A stretch of DNA of 46,211 bases, counting the filler, from Catajapyx aquilonaris (taxonomy: Eukaryota), in assembly GCA_000934665.2 (NCBI GenBank). It is 2 parts of 2 records of this genome, joined end to end, with 100 filler letters (N's around TTAATTAATTAA, not from the genome) between each part and the next. Parts side by side here need not be neighbours in the genome. Positions count along the whole stretch, not along the records: positions 23,160 to 46,211 come from JYFJ02005763.1; 1 more part is not named here. One strand, given 5' to 3'. The notes beneath the pieces were generated by a model. The model was not told the DNA's origin and made no database searches. It worked only from the letters and a program-made list of their open reading frames with translations. Of this stretch, positions 33,409 to 45,967 are shown one piece after another (position 1 is the stretch's first letter; each line of letters opens with the position of its first letter). Made by a program: the position numbers and the translations under genes.

Positions 33409-36400
33409 TATGTGTTACTCATTGTTAACAAATTTTCTGGTTCTTTTCCAGCTGTACAGCAGAAGTTGCTAACCTCATGCCACACATTACGAAATTTAAA
33501 TAACCCTGAGAACATACATGTGCTGGGTCTCATTATTGTACGTAACCTAACATACCTTGCAGAGCATAACCTTTTGTCTAGCACGCGTATAGCCACTTCT
33601 GCTCTTGCTCCACAAAATGTCCAATCAGTCAACCAGAAATGATCACACCTTACATTCCAGGCAGTCCTTTATACCATGACTGTGTTATTTTGGGCTCTAT
33701 GTTGCTGCTGCTGCAGAGGTGGCAGGGATTACACAATAACCTGAACTGCATTGGAAACAAATGGCAGCTTCATTTCATTTTCATGTTAAAAAATTTAAGA
33801 AACACAGTTGCCGACCGCCAGACAATATTATGAACACATGTACAACTCAAGAATGACATTCGCCCGAAAGATGTTTCCGAGATCGGGGATACAAAGGATA
33901 GGATTGGAGAAAATAAAAGACATAAAAATATATCTCGAAATGTGAACAACCAAAAGTTATATACATATACTTGAGGGCAGGATTTGGGAAAACCTAACAC
34001 CCAACTTCCACTAGACTTTGATCTCTTATCATAAAATTCGCCAGATACAAAGCAAACCAAACTGTATGTTACATAAACACAGTTGCAAGAGAGCCATGTT
34101 GCCACACAGAGGGTTTAGCAACTTACAGAAACGTGTGTACAATGTTGGTGAGCAACTGACTGCAACCTATAAGCCACCAGTTAGAACTGCTGGTTAACTG
34201 CCAGAACCCATAACTAGTGTACACCTCAGTGAAAGTTGCTAACCCCTCATGCCACACCTGACAAAATTTTAAGTAACCCTGATTTGGCTGCTCTTCTCTT
34301 CGCTACAATCAAATCCACTCAACTATGCACCTTTGGATACCTAGGTTTTTGCTGTGCAAACTGCTCAGTCTTCCATTACTTCCAGCTAGACAAAAATATT
34401 CTCTCAAGTAAATGCCTAATTGATTTCAAATTTTACCAAATACCATACCCTTCTGGTCTCTCTTTTACATCATGTTTAAGTTATCAACCTGCACAACTTG
34501 CTCCAAGTGTGGTGCAGTGTGAAAAGTGATTCATCAGTCAGTGCCCCTCTTAAGGGGTCATACAAATTACTACCTGCTCTCGTAACACAAGGACCATTCT
34601 AGACATTTCTCCAATGTATAACGAGACCAAGAAGTCATGTGAGAAAAAATTGATGATTACAGCTATTTAAATCACCACAAAAAGGAATTACCCTAAATGC
34701 CTGTGATTTGCCTGTAGCCCAATTCAGACTTGAATTACTGATATCAAATCATTGTTACCAGTTACAAACTAGCTGTCTCATGCTATTCATGGAAAATAAT
34801 TTCAGTGTTTCCTGAATGATCCTTGTGGTTGTGCAAAAGAGCTGCTGCCCATTAAATTACAAAACGCTGTTGGGAACAAGTATTATGTTATGGTGTATTA
34901 CCATTGGAATGGTAATTAGGAATACAGATCTAAGGTTCATGTCTGACACATTGCATAAAAATTTCCACTTCATATGATGACAGTATCTGATTAGAAACGC
35001 TGAAAAGATGTAGTTCAAGTTAATATTGCACTGTTATAAACTCTTAGGATGCGTTTTACAAGTGTTACTGGTGTAAGACGTCGGTTGGGGATGAGGGGAA
35101 AGAAGGGAGGTCACAACTTCATAAGCAGTGTTAAGTAATTTGATGAGCTCATAGGTAAAAGGCGCATTCAGCAATTTAGATATCTGACACAGCTCAATAC
35201 AGCCATTGAACGATCCAGCAGCAATGTCATGCTGAGTAAGAGAAGGCAACTGGTCATGAGTGAGACAATATATGAGCTCCTTTCATGCTGAAGACATGTG
35301 GCTCCAGCCTGACTGAGTGCCAAGCAACTCAAACCTGTTAAATCACCATGCCCTCTTACTTGATGCTTGGTTGGCCAAAATGACAACCTTTCTTTCATTC
35401 AAGTAGCCTATTTTTAAAAACTATACACAACCATATGATCAAACTGCACATTGCACGGAAGAATTTTCATATCAGCTTCTTGACAACAGGCCACTATTTA
35501 CACTTTGAGGCAACTTCTTGTGTAGATACTTGTCATATTTTTTGTCATTGTTTCTGGACTCTGAGCAGAATACCAGTTTCTATTAAGGTACTTGCACCTG
35601 ACCAGCAATTTTACGTTTGACGAAGTAATAGATGCCAGTGTTGACAATAATGCATATTGACTGAATGGGTTTCTCAGTGCACAACTTTGCTGCAATGTGC
35701 ATAGGTAAGATGAAAATTTAAGTTTCAAATTCTTGTAAGGTTCAATAGATCAGGCTACTATCCAGAATGAGTTTACAGGGAGCAGTTTTATTAAACAAAA
35801 CTGCTGAAAACAATCATGCTACGCCTCTGTTGATCAGTTTATGACAAGCCATCATTTTGTTTGGCACAGAAGATGTACTCCTCTAGATGGAAACAAGGCA
35901 AATGAAAAATAAACTTCACCACTTCTAATGGTGTTATGCGTTGGACATATTCACCAAAACCACTTATTGCTTTTACTCAACCTAACGCTGGCATTAATAT
36001 TGCTGATTGCCCCTAAAAGTAACTGAAATCGAATTGCTTTATAATAAGAAACCAAGGCATAAAGAACTCATCAAGTCTGTTGTCCGGTATTAAGCGCAAA
36101 GTCCGGCTTTTTACAAGTCCAGTGTCCCAACAGACACAACTTTTGTGGGTCCTGACTGCATAGCAATAAATTTGAAAATATTGTATTTCTAGACAAGTAA
36201 TTAACCCAGTTTCCACCTGTCGAGTAAAAGGTGGCTGCTCAAAACTGACCAATAGGTGCTTGGCGAACACGATTTCCTTGCGTCACTCAACTCTCCCAAT
36301 CATCACTGAATTTCTGGAACCACCTATTATCACTATTTCCAGATAGTAATTTTGGAATATCCCCCAGTTATGTTTACCATTGCAACTAAGGCATGCCAAA

Positions 36401-37152
36401 ATATGACAAAACTTCTCTGTCAATATCAACATTCTCTACCCATGCCTAACTTAAAATTGCTGCCTCTTGGTGGCACCTAACAGATCCCATTGACATCACA
36501 TTTTGAATGATGGCATCTTCTCTAAGTCACTTGGTTTCAATCCAATTATCACACCAGATTATTAAATCTCTCTGTATGCCCAAGTGTCATACAAAAAACT
36601 CATAATAACCTAGTTTGATAGTACTGAAAACAATGCACATATCAATATTAAGGTGATGTTCACAGTATCCTGAGTCTATCGTGTAAGAATTTCTGGTTGC
36701 CAGTTGTGCTGAGAGATGGAACTCAATCAATTAAGACATGCTGTGGCCAAGCATAGCAGAGTCTAAATTGCAGAATGTCCCTAATTTGTCTGCCACATTG
36801 TACTCCCTAATTTGCCAAACATGGAAGAACTAAAATTGTTTGCTCTCATAGCAATCATTCAGTTTCAGACAAAAAAAATACGCTGATTGGAATGTGAATT
36901 CTGGACACCACAATGGTCCATGCCACAGAAGGAAAAAAAAAACGTCTGTTTCGATTTTCTTTTTTTTAGCTGTTGTTGTTCCCATCACCACTTGATAATC
37001 TGCTTCCAATCACAGTATGATGGGCTTGGAATGGCCCACTATATCACTCCCAAGATGTTTTTTGCGCCACTCTCTCCTGCAGATCATCATATAGTCCGCT
37101 TTGTTCTGTTGCACCAAATGAATCCCAAATGTAACACCATCATTCACCGCAT

Positions 37153-37189
37153 TCAGTAAAACTTCTTGGCCTGTGCTTCCTTGTTGCTC
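37153..37189 (-). CDS. LMAN1: LMAN1/ERGIC-53 exon 9 (cytosolic tail)
   Basis: SNKEAQAKKFY-stop: dilysine plus diaromatic C-terminus. Confidence 0.93.
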
Positions 37190-37353
37190 CTGAAAGATAC
37201 CAAATTTTCAGCAAATGTGTAACAATTACATGCCTTGGAGGAATTCAGACTTGGACTCCTGCTTAAGACAGGGTTGTGATGAAAGTAATGTATTTTATTA
37301 TATGTGAAGTTTACTGGAAGAATAAAACATAAAAACATAATGCAGAAACTTAC

Positions 37354-37759
37354 TTGTAGTACATGTAACCACATGCCAGGATCAGCTGAACAGCCATGAC
37401 TACGACAAAGACAGACGTGGTAAGGCAACCCATGCCTTGTTGTGGGGGACATGTAGGTTGGCCGGCAAGTCGCTGTGCTGCCACTCCTACATCCCTCTTT
37501 ACAACATTGAGACCTTCCTTCATCTCATTAACTATGGCATGCACATCATAGCCGACATTCTGGACAGTGGCTGTGGGGGCATTAGCCTGATTCTGAATAA
37601 TGCTGTTGGACTTCTGGCTGATCTCAGTCACAAATGCACGGATGTCATGAGCAGTTGATATTAGCTCCCTCTGGCTGCTCAAAATGCTGTCAATCTCGTG
37701 CCGCTGAACGTTTGGCATCTGGCCTCCCGTGTGCGTGGGTTGCCCTGTTGGTACAGCAC
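37354..37759 (-). CDS. LMAN1: LMAN1 exon 8 (coiled-coil stalk, two Cys, transmembrane helix)
   Basis: ...QPTCPPQQGMGCLTTSVFVVVMAVQLILACGYMYYK; AG/GT bounded. Confidence 0.92.
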
Positions 37760-38025
37760 CTGCAAGTAAGCCACACCATTAACCTAATCTTTGTCAGCTC
37801 AGATTATGAAAAAATGCCAGGATCTGGAAAATGCAAAAGCTGACAGTGACTCATTTATATTAGGTGCAAGAAACTATACTGATTATGATAACAACTACAG
37901 CCAGTCTCTGACTCATGTAAGTATAACATTCTGAAACATTATATGCAAGTCGAATTTTACGTAACTCAAATTTTACTTAACTCGGAACCTGTTTAAAAAA
38001 ATGATATGGTACACTGTAGTGTACC

Positions 38026-38026
<1 letters not shown>

Positions 38027-38068
<42 letters not shown>

Positions 38069-38113
38069 CATAATAATCATAATAATCATAATAATAATAA
38101 TAATAATAATAAT
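38027..38113. repeat. (AAT)n/(CAT) microsatellite
   Basis: Direct inspection. Confidence 0.9.
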
Positions 38114-38547
38114 CCCCCTATAATAATAGCCTTATTTTTTCACCTCCGGAACGCTCCAGAAGAAGGGCCCTTGGTGAGTGCTGTGCCACCTTTTGGTCAT
38201 GGCACTAATTCATCAGGCCGGGGGGAATAGTGGCTGGGGTCGCCTGCCTTACCGCCAATTCCTTTCCCGCCTGAACTCCTGAGCACCAATTTCCTTTACC
38301 GCTGAAAGTCCTTCCTGCCATAAGCCCTTACTGCCACTTTCCCTTCCCGCCAAAAGTCCTAACCTCCACATATTTCCTTACCCACCAATACAGGTCTGCC
38401 AACTGATTCAACCTGAGCCTCAGAATATTCAGAAAGCTGTCATATAAGCTGCTACTTTCAGCCCCACTTTATAACTATGCCGCTATCTTCGGAGAGGAAT
38501 TATTTCACCTGCGTGATTTTAACTGAATGAAGTAGGATCCTTTAGGT

Positions 38548-38764
38548 CAGCAGTTCTTAGCCTGGGGTGCCCGCACCTCCAGGGGCTGCGAGGTGGCTTC
38601 CCTGGGGGTGCGAGCAAGGTGCACCTCTGGACTTAATCTAACCAAGAGCTAATAACTGGTCTAACTATGAACGTAATCAATCACCCCTGGTAAAGGGGGT
38701 GCGACAAGGACCAATATATTGTCTACAAAGGGGTGCGGAGGCCCTAAAAGGTTAAGAACCTCTG
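38548..38764. mobile_element. hAT-type MITE
   Basis: CAGCAGTTCTTAGCCT / AGGTTAAGAACCTCTG; exact 8-bp TSD CTTTAGGT. Confidence 0.85.
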
Positions 38765-39100
38765 CTTTAGGTGTATGTTCCTGGGCTTGGCTCAATTTTG
38801 ACATTTTTGTGGGTTGACCCATTATTACATAACACTGTCCAATTATCCCTCCGCTTTCGATCACTTCTGCGTACGTTGACTGACACCAAGTTCAACATAT
38901 GCACCAGACACTACACACGAGTTTGCTGCTATAAATTAATAAACAAATAACATATTTTGATAATCTACGTATGTAAGGCAAAAAAATGGGCCGCCCAAGT
39001 TGGACAGGTCTTTGGGATAGGAGACAGACTAACAGACAGGGCCGGCGTTAGGTGAGTTGGCGCCCTGTGCCGTTTGACATATATTACGCCCCCCCCCGAC

Positions 39101-39670
39101 CAGGGCCGGATTTAGGGGGCTCCGGGGCGATCTTGGTTAGCCCTCCCCCCCCCCCCCCCCCACGTAAAAATTAAAANAAGCGGTAAATGTCGAGGAGGAA
39201 GCCCGCCGCAGGCGCAAATTTTTGGGGTTCAAGGTTACCCGAGCTTAGGTGAATGTGGGAGATTTGAATGGGTGTGTATTTGATGAAATTGGTAGCACTT
39301 TTCCCCCCCCAATCATGAATTAGTAATTTATAATACTATTTCCGGCTATTTAAAACATTTCGTGGGGGGTGGGCAGGGGGCGACCCGCCTGGGCCCCGTG
39401 TCCCCCTGCATACGCCACTAAGGATAATTCACTGCCACGGGAAAGCGGGTATAGTGCTCCCGTCACTACTTTGTCTCCCTTTTCCGATGAGGAATTGCTT
39501 ACTATTATTAAGCATTTAAGCGTGGAGCTAGAGGTTCGTCAGTATCATCACAAGTAGTTAATTTTTATTTTTTAATAATAAAATGAAATATGTTAAACTT
39601 TTTGCGGGTGCCCCCTGACAGGGGGGGCCGGGGGCGCTCGTACCCTGCGCCCCCTATAAATCCGGCACTG
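39101..39670. mobile_element. hAT-type MITE (inner)
   Basis: CAGGGCCGGATTTA / TAAATCCGGCACTG; TSD CCCCCGAC / CCTCCGAC. Confidence 0.8.
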
Positions 39671-39692
39671 CCTCCGACTGCTTTTTATTTAC

Positions 39693-39816
39693 TTTTTGGA
39701 AGGGGGCACCTTTTTGGAAGGGGGCGCCTTTTTGGAAGGGGCGCCTTTTTGGAAGGGGGCGCCTTTTTGGAAGGGGGGGCCTTTTGGAAGGGGCGCCTTT
39801 TTGGAAGAGGGCGCCA
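39693..39816. repeat. Minisatellite, about 6.5 x 18-19 bp (TTTTTGGAAGGGGGCGCC)
   Basis: Direct inspection. Confidence 0.9.
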
Positions 39817-40505
39817 TTTTATACGACATTTTTATATTATTTGGAAAGGGATCATCACGCTTCTTTCGCACCCCACACGCATCTGCGCCCTGTGCGGTCG
39901 CACTGGTCGCACACCCCTAGCGCCGGCCCTGCTAACAGAGATACCAGTCTTTCCTCTCTCCTCTTTGTTTCTCTGTCCATCTGTCCCACCTTTTTGTATT
40001 CTGATAACCACATAGCCATAGTTGCGTGGCTCTTTATTACGCAAACAAACCAGAATTTTTACACCCTACCAGTCCCTACATATGCAAGGGAATGAGCAGT
40101 TTTGCATTTAATATTGCTTGAGATCTAAGAAGATTTCGGTGTAATTATCCACGCTCTTTTTTTCCCCGTGCGAAGAACGGGTACCGCTGCTAGTGTTTAA
40201 ATAAAATGAAATGAAATGGAGGAGAGAACTCAAGAGAAAAATTGAATTTTTAAGCTGCATAGGGGTGCGAGGGGGATCTCAACTGCCTAAGGGCGGCCTG
40301 GGGGATAAATCCGGCACTGTGGATCAGGTAGGTGTACCTCATCTTTGCATGCAGGTATTACGACATTATTTCACCACTATAACGTGCGCTTCTAGTAATA
40401 TGCAGATAACAGGTAGTATCACTTTTGCAACTTAAAAATAACATCTTTAGTGGCGTTGGAAACAGTTCCGTTAATACAATATTAATATGTTCATCTTATG
40501 GACCA

Positions 40506-40723
40506 CTTAGAGGTTGGCCCAGCATTGCCTTTCAACCTCCAAGGATAGGGAAGGAAGGAAGCGGCTGTGGCCTATTTAATATGTGGAAGCGACCCCGGAA
40601 TTATCCTAGAAAGACCGGGGAAAACCACAGAACACCACGGTCAGGGTTGCCGGCCCCAGGATTCGAACAGAGGACCTCCTGATTAGCAGTCGGATGCCTT
40701 ATCCACCATGCCAACCTGCTTCG
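40506..40723 (-). mobile_element. tRNA-derived SINE, family C (tail type 2)
   Basis: Close match to 22263-22492; exact 17-bp TSD GTTCATCTTATGGACCA at 40489-40505 and 40724-40740. Confidence 0.9.
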
Positions 40724-40828
40724 GTTCATCTTATGGACCATGGTGCACTTATTAGCACATAAATGGGTGTAAGTGCAGATGGTATGTGCATTTTCAACTA
40801 GTCACCTACTCTCTATTTATTAGCTTAC

Positions 40829-41040
40829 CTCCAGTTGACTGCACAGCAGTGATCATGCTCAGGGTCCTCTCCTGCCTTCCAATCACCTCGTCTAATTTTC
40901 GATTCAAGTCCCTAATGACCTCAAAGATTTGGCTCTGGCCCATAAATATCTGACGCAACTCCCTTTGCTGGTCATTCTCAAACCAGTCATCTGGGACATC
41001 ACTAGACGATTTCTGTGCATCAGGGTGATCTCGCCGGTAG
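40829..41040 (-). CDS. LMAN1: LMAN1 exon 7
   Basis: YRRDHPD...QRELRQIFMGQSQIFEVIRDLNRKLDEVIGRQER. Confidence 0.92.
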
Positions 41041-41188
41041 CTGGATTACCAAAAGACGCAAGTTACACAGGTGTCACAAGCAAACTGATTCCCTGAAAAT
41101 TCTGCCCCACTCACACTAGGGAAAAGGAGGAGGGGGACTCCTCTGCCACTAATTTTCAAGGACACAATTCAAATGGAGTAGTACTCAC

Positions 41189-41336
41189 TCTTCCTTCTGC
41201 TGTTCCAATTTCTTCTGATATTCTTGAAATTCATGAGACAGCTTCTTTTGCTCATCTTCAGTCAATCTGGCATCAGGAAGCAGACTGTCAGCAGAGTGGA
41301 GGCTAAATGTGTTGAACTTAAGAACGTCATGATCAT
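41189..41336 (-). CDS. LMAN1: LMAN1 exon 6
   Basis: DHDVLKFNTFSL...EFQEYQKKLEQQKE. Confidence 0.92.
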
Positions 41337-41401
41337 CTGAAAAATAAAACTGCTCATTTAGTACTGCCATCAAACGCAGGTCCTGAAATGTATGTATGTA
41401 C

Positions 41402-41525
41402 CTGCTAAACCACCAGTTGCAGCAGAGAGTCCAAAGTAACCACTTTTAGGGATGAAGACATTCTCTGCCCGTACACACATTTCAAAGTCATTTTCACCAT
41501 TAGTCATTCCATTGTGGATCATCAC
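41402..41525 (-). CDS. LMAN1: LMAN1 exon 5
   Basis: VMIHNGMTNG...GYFGLSAATGGLA. Confidence 0.94.
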
Positions 41526-41590
41526 CTGCAAGGTGTGGTTCATGATCAAGTAATGCAGCTGCTAACAAAAGCCTAAGAAAATATACTCAC

Positions 41591-41860
41591 AGTCAGGGTG
41601 TTTCGAAAGTATTCAACTTTAGCCCTGACAGGGAATGGCTTATTACGAAAATCTCTTAAGCAACCAGCAATTTGCTGGGTTGAGCCATCATTTTGATGGT
41701 CATAAATCTTGGTTCCATCATTCACCATAGCCATGATGTAGGGGTTGTTGTGCTTATTGTCATTGTCAAAGGAATCAAAAAAGATCCCCAATCCACGCCA
41801 CATATCAGAACTACCAAACACAGGGCCCTCCACTCCCTTATCTTCAGAAAACCAAAAGGC
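41591..41860 (-). CDS. LMAN1: LMAN1 exon 4 (L-type lectin Ca/mannose-binding loop)
   Basis: GLGIFFDSFDNDNKHNNP...YDHQNDG...CLRDFRNKPFPVRA. Confidence 0.96.
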
Positions 41861-41922
41861 CTGCAAGGAATACAGTTGATACACTAACAATCCCAGTAAG
41901 ATACTAAACGTTTAGCAGATAC

Positions 41923-42020
41923 CAGTCCATCGGCTCCAATCCTGCCTCGGCCAGTCACTCGGAAGACAATCTCCACTTCCCACCATTCAAATGTTGTCTT
42001 TGTTTTTGTCCATATCGACC
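41923..42020 (-). CDS. LMAN1: LMAN1 exon 3
   Basis: SIWTK...WEVEIVFRVTGRGRIGADGL. Confidence 0.95.
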
Positions 42021-42077
42021 CTGAAAGGTACATTGTGCTACAAAATATGACAACAAATTAATGTCATAAGTACATAC

Positions 42078-42134
42078 CTTTCTGACTCCTCAAACTAGGT
42101 GTGATTCTGACACTTTCTTCACTGGCAATTGCAT
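42078..42134 (-). CDS. LMAN1: LMAN1 exon 2
   Basis: AIASEESVRITPSLRSQKG. Confidence 0.93.
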
Positions 42135-42291
42135 CTGGAAATGCAAAGGTTTGTATTAAGGCATTGCTGATTGAAGTATGTAAACCATTCATTCATTCAT
42201 ATCATCACAGCGTAAATCCCATAGAGGGGTAGCCAGCGTTGTCCAGGTTAGACGACTATCCATACATTTCATACTGTAGATCCCTCTAACC

Positions 42292-42554
42292 CAGGGCTTC
42301 CCAAACTGTGGGTCGTGACCCCAAATGGGGTTGTGAACAAAATATTTGGCGTCGCGAGGGAGGGTAACCAAGTATTTTTACAAAATGATTCTCCCTCTCA
42401 GGAAAAATATGCAGTAAATGACAACATGTGTTAATTTAGCGACTATTGTCATCGACTACTGCTGAGGGGGGTAGGGTTGAATTGGAAATTAGGGGTCGAG
42501 AATTTTATGAGACAATTTTCTGGGGCCGCCAACAAAAAAAATTTGGGAAGACTG
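42292..42554. mobile_element. hAT (Charlie-like) MITE
   Basis: CAGGGCTTCCCAAA / TTTGGGAAGACTG; exact 8-bp TSD CTCTAACC. Confidence 0.85.
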
Positions 42555-42842
42555 CTCTAACCATCATAATCCTCACTCCTTATGAATTCTATTAAATTCA
42601 TATCATAAACAAATTGACATTAAGCCTATACTAATTAAGTATTACATGTTCGTTATGCTAAGCTGTGTATGCCAATAACTATAATCCCAAAAACAATAAC
42701 TTGAAAATTGTCATGGCTGGATCAAGAAACTGCTCACTGTGTTTGGTCCCTCATTCAATAATATATATTAGGTCGTGGTATGACATTTCCAGTATATCAA
42801 GAAACCTTTATTAATATCGATGTCATACCAAGCACTCTGATC

Positions 42843-43071
42843 AGGGGAGGGGATGGTTCCCAAGGGGGTCACCCCTAGGAAGTTTTTGAGCCATTTTGGA
42901 CCCTCTTTTCATCTTTTCGCTTGGCCCTGGGCAGAGAAGGGAGGTTTACACCTGGACATATGGGCGAAAAGCAGAAAAAGACCCAACCAAGCAAAGGTGA
43001 TGGGGTAGGAATTTGAACTCAGACCTCCTGCTTGGCTGGCTAGTGGCATAACCACTAGACCATCGCGTTCC
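42843..43071 (-). mobile_element. tRNA-derived SINE, family D copy 2 (older, 3'-truncated)
   Basis: Minus-strand TGGTCTAGTGG and GAGTTCAAATTCC; body aligns with 19293-19530. Confidence 0.8.
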
Positions 43072-43964
43072 ACTTTCAAATGCGATTATCTTGAATTGAC
43101 AAAAACCACACATACAGGGTTTTTGCTTGGGCCGTCAGAAGTGGCTGCTGTTTCTGCATTGATGGGGAACAATCGGAGGTAGACAGTTTGTGAGTCAGCC
43201 AGTGAGACAGGCTTGTCGAGTATGACTATCCTGAGCATTCTCAAGCAACGCCTGGGTTATGACTATCCCAGACATTCTCCGCACTTTAGACCGCTCTATA
43301 CGAAACATACGAAACATCAACCAAACCAGGGCTGCCAACGGCATCCTTCGACACATAGCTAATGATGGGTGTTACACAATGCTGGTGACTACGTCGAAAG
43401 ACTCTGAAAGTTTGAAGCTGCCATGTATTTCTGGTCCCAAGTAATTAAATAGTTGCCACTATTTTATTTACAGCCCTTGTATATTCGACCCACTGGGGGT
43501 AGAATATAGCAGGTGCTATAGAATGGAGCACATGGTTAGGGGCACAACAATTCTTTTTATCCACTGCGGGACTTTTGCAATGAGTTACATTATGCTATGA
43601 TTAACAAGGCACTGGAACAAAGTCATAATTTTACATCTGTGGACAAGATTTTGACTTGAAAAGTATGCAACATCTAATCAAGAAGGATTCCTTACAAATG
43701 TAAATAATATACGGTATATTCCTCTTAACACTATGTCTTCCTGGTGGCTTTACTCAGTCAGTGATCCCTTCCAATGAAGTCAGATACGAGATAAAAATAA
43801 CTGGTTACATAATGACTGATATCATATTGATTATTTCCAGTGTTGCCTTGCTTTGTCTGACACTATTCACACATGCTGCTTTAATTTCTCTAATACTTTT
43901 TTGATATCTGTCACTGCTTACTTATATGAAATGGAGCAAGATGAGCTTGGAACAAAGCAACATA

Positions 43965-44525
43965 CTGGGTGGTCGGTAAATGGTGCCCAATCTTTATGTA
44001 ACGAGATTCCTTGGGAAAAACCAGTATTGGGAAGTGAAGGTCCGAGTCCCCTACGATGTGTGGTTATAGCTCACAAAGCCTCCGAAATTTGGAACCAAAT
44101 CATGATGTCACATCCGCCTGGACCGTTCAAACACTTCCATATCGCTACTGTATGCAGTACACGAAGCAAGCAAACGATTCTGACCGTGATTCTGACAGTG
44201 GACAATGCAGGCAGTGGAGGTCGTTGCGAGAGTTGCTACAACTTGTAGTACTGTACAAGAGCTCCATGGGAAAGTCACACCTCACCATTCATTTCAGTTG
44301 TCCCATTCGATCCTACGTACATTGGCAATCGGTGTCACTTGCATACAGGAGCAATATGGTAGCGTTTGAATAGTGCAGGCAGATGTGACTTCATGATTTG
44401 GTTCCAACTTTCGGAGGTCTTGTGAGTGATAACCACGCATTGTAGGACACTCGGACCTTCACTTACCTGTACTGTTATTTCCCCAAGGAATCTCGTTACA
44501 TGAAGATCGGGCACCGACCACACTG
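43965..44525. mobile_element. Tc1/mariner-type foldback MITE with about 190-bp arms
   Basis: TGTAACGAGATTCCTTGGG / CCCAAGGAATCTCGTTACA and TTGGAACCAAATCATGA / TCATGATTTGGTTCCAA; TA flanks. Confidence 0.85.
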
Positions 44526-44867
44526 TATACAGTTCATATCTAAATAAATCAATATCCTTGCAGATGCATTGGGCAGCACCTGTTTGAAGATTCACATCTG
44601 GTTATGAGTTGCATTTGCATATGAATGAATGTACTTCTTGACCCTGATAACTAAGCTATTGACAGGTATTGACGGGTATGTAAAGCTACCTCAGGCACAC
44701 CTCAATTAGTGTATTTTCAACTGCACCTCCATGACCCAAATGTGGTCTACTCAACCTGTTGGCATCCCTACCATACTATGACTGGAAAATGCATAAGGGG
44801 ACATGTCACCCCCACTCTTGGGAATAAGGACCCCCCATTCTGGTGTCATTGCACTGGTATCTATGTA

Positions 44868-45031
44868 CAGTGCTGGACATTAATGTTGCCATACTGGTGG
44901 CGCCACAAGCTGATGGCGACAAAAGAACAAATAAAAGTGATGAATAAGCTACCAATACATCGCTTTGATTCACTCTTTTGCCACAGCAGCTCACGATGCC
45001 GGCAGTATGACACCATTAATGTCCAGCACTG
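44868..45031. mobile_element. Tc1/mariner-type MITE (CAGTGCTGGACATT termini)
   Basis: TA-CAGTGCTGGACATTAATG / CATTAATGTCCAGCACTG-TA. Confidence 0.85.
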
Positions 45032-45789
45032 TACTTGAGACCTTCTTTTCATTTCGTTTACCATAGGCATGATCTCTCTCAACTGGAGTGACCATCATTT
45101 TAAAAACGTATATTTAAAGAATAACATTCCTCTATTTATGTGATTGGTACTCTCAGGCAATCATTTTACAGAAATACTCTGCAACTAATTTTTGTAAAAA
45201 GGCAATTTTCAAAATCCTTTAAAAATATATTTGGCTAAGTTGAGACTTTTTGCACCTTTAGAATAGATGCCTAAAAATAAGTAGCATTACAATGAATATT
45301 CCAATTCATGTATACCTTAATGCCCTAATACAACCTTCATTCCCACAGGCAGCCAGGACACATTACAATGGTAGCCTCATCCAACTCCCTACTCATATCT
45401 TCTTCCAATTCTCAGATTTGCCAGCAGGACTGGTACCATTTCTGGCCATTTATGGTTTCCTTTGTATCATTTTAAAACAGTTCATGAAAACTGGCAGGGT
45501 GAAAAATATGCAGCGAGGTGGGCAAATTAAAAATAAAGCAACTGATATCATTACAACACCGCTACAGAAATGTGCTCAACAGCGGGTATTTTGTCAATTA
45601 GTATAGTCCATGGTCTGTGTGCTCAAAGGCAAACAACTGTTTCGGGGCTTTGAGTAATACCCTGCGTCCCCTGTGCCTTTTCCCACCACAAAATGCCTCT
45701 GAGCACCCTCAAAAACGGTGAGAACCTTGGTCCAGACCTTACTAAGTGACCATCACATGTGTGACTCTCTACCATATGCTCAGACATAC

Positions 45790-45967
45790 TTCCTGCATAT
45801 TCCCAGAATGGTACACTTCCGTCCTTCTGCGCCAGGTAGGGTGGTTTGAAGCTATATTTGTACTCAAACCGTCGGTGCGGCAAGTCACCGACGGCCAACC
45901 CCAAAGCGGCCAGGAGCACCCCATACCGCAACCAGCAGGCCACCCTTCCATCTGCTACAGCCGCCAT
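45790..45967 (-). CDS. LMAN1: LMAN1 exon 1 (signal peptide plus lectin start)
   Basis: AAGATGGCG start; MAAVADGRVACWLRYGVLLAALGLAVG-DLPHRRFEYKYSFKPPYL...PFWEYAG; GTATGT donor. Confidence 0.95.

Larger units (their letters stand above)
39037..39931. mobile_element. hAT-type MITE (outer) containing a nested MITE and a minisatellite
   Basis: CAGGGCCGGCGTTAGG / CCTAGCGCCGGCCCTG; exact 8-bp TSD CTAACAGA. Confidence 0.88.

Noticed and set aside
38150..38225. CTGATGA on the minus strand suggesting a hammerhead ribozyme
   Set aside because: No GAAA follows the adjacent hairpin and stems I/III cannot be built. Other CTGATGA hits fail in the same way.
39590..40095. ORFs with GRGRLF/EGGAFL repeats, or a CRISPR-like array
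   Set aside because: A spacerless minisatellite inside a MITE in a eukaryotic intron.
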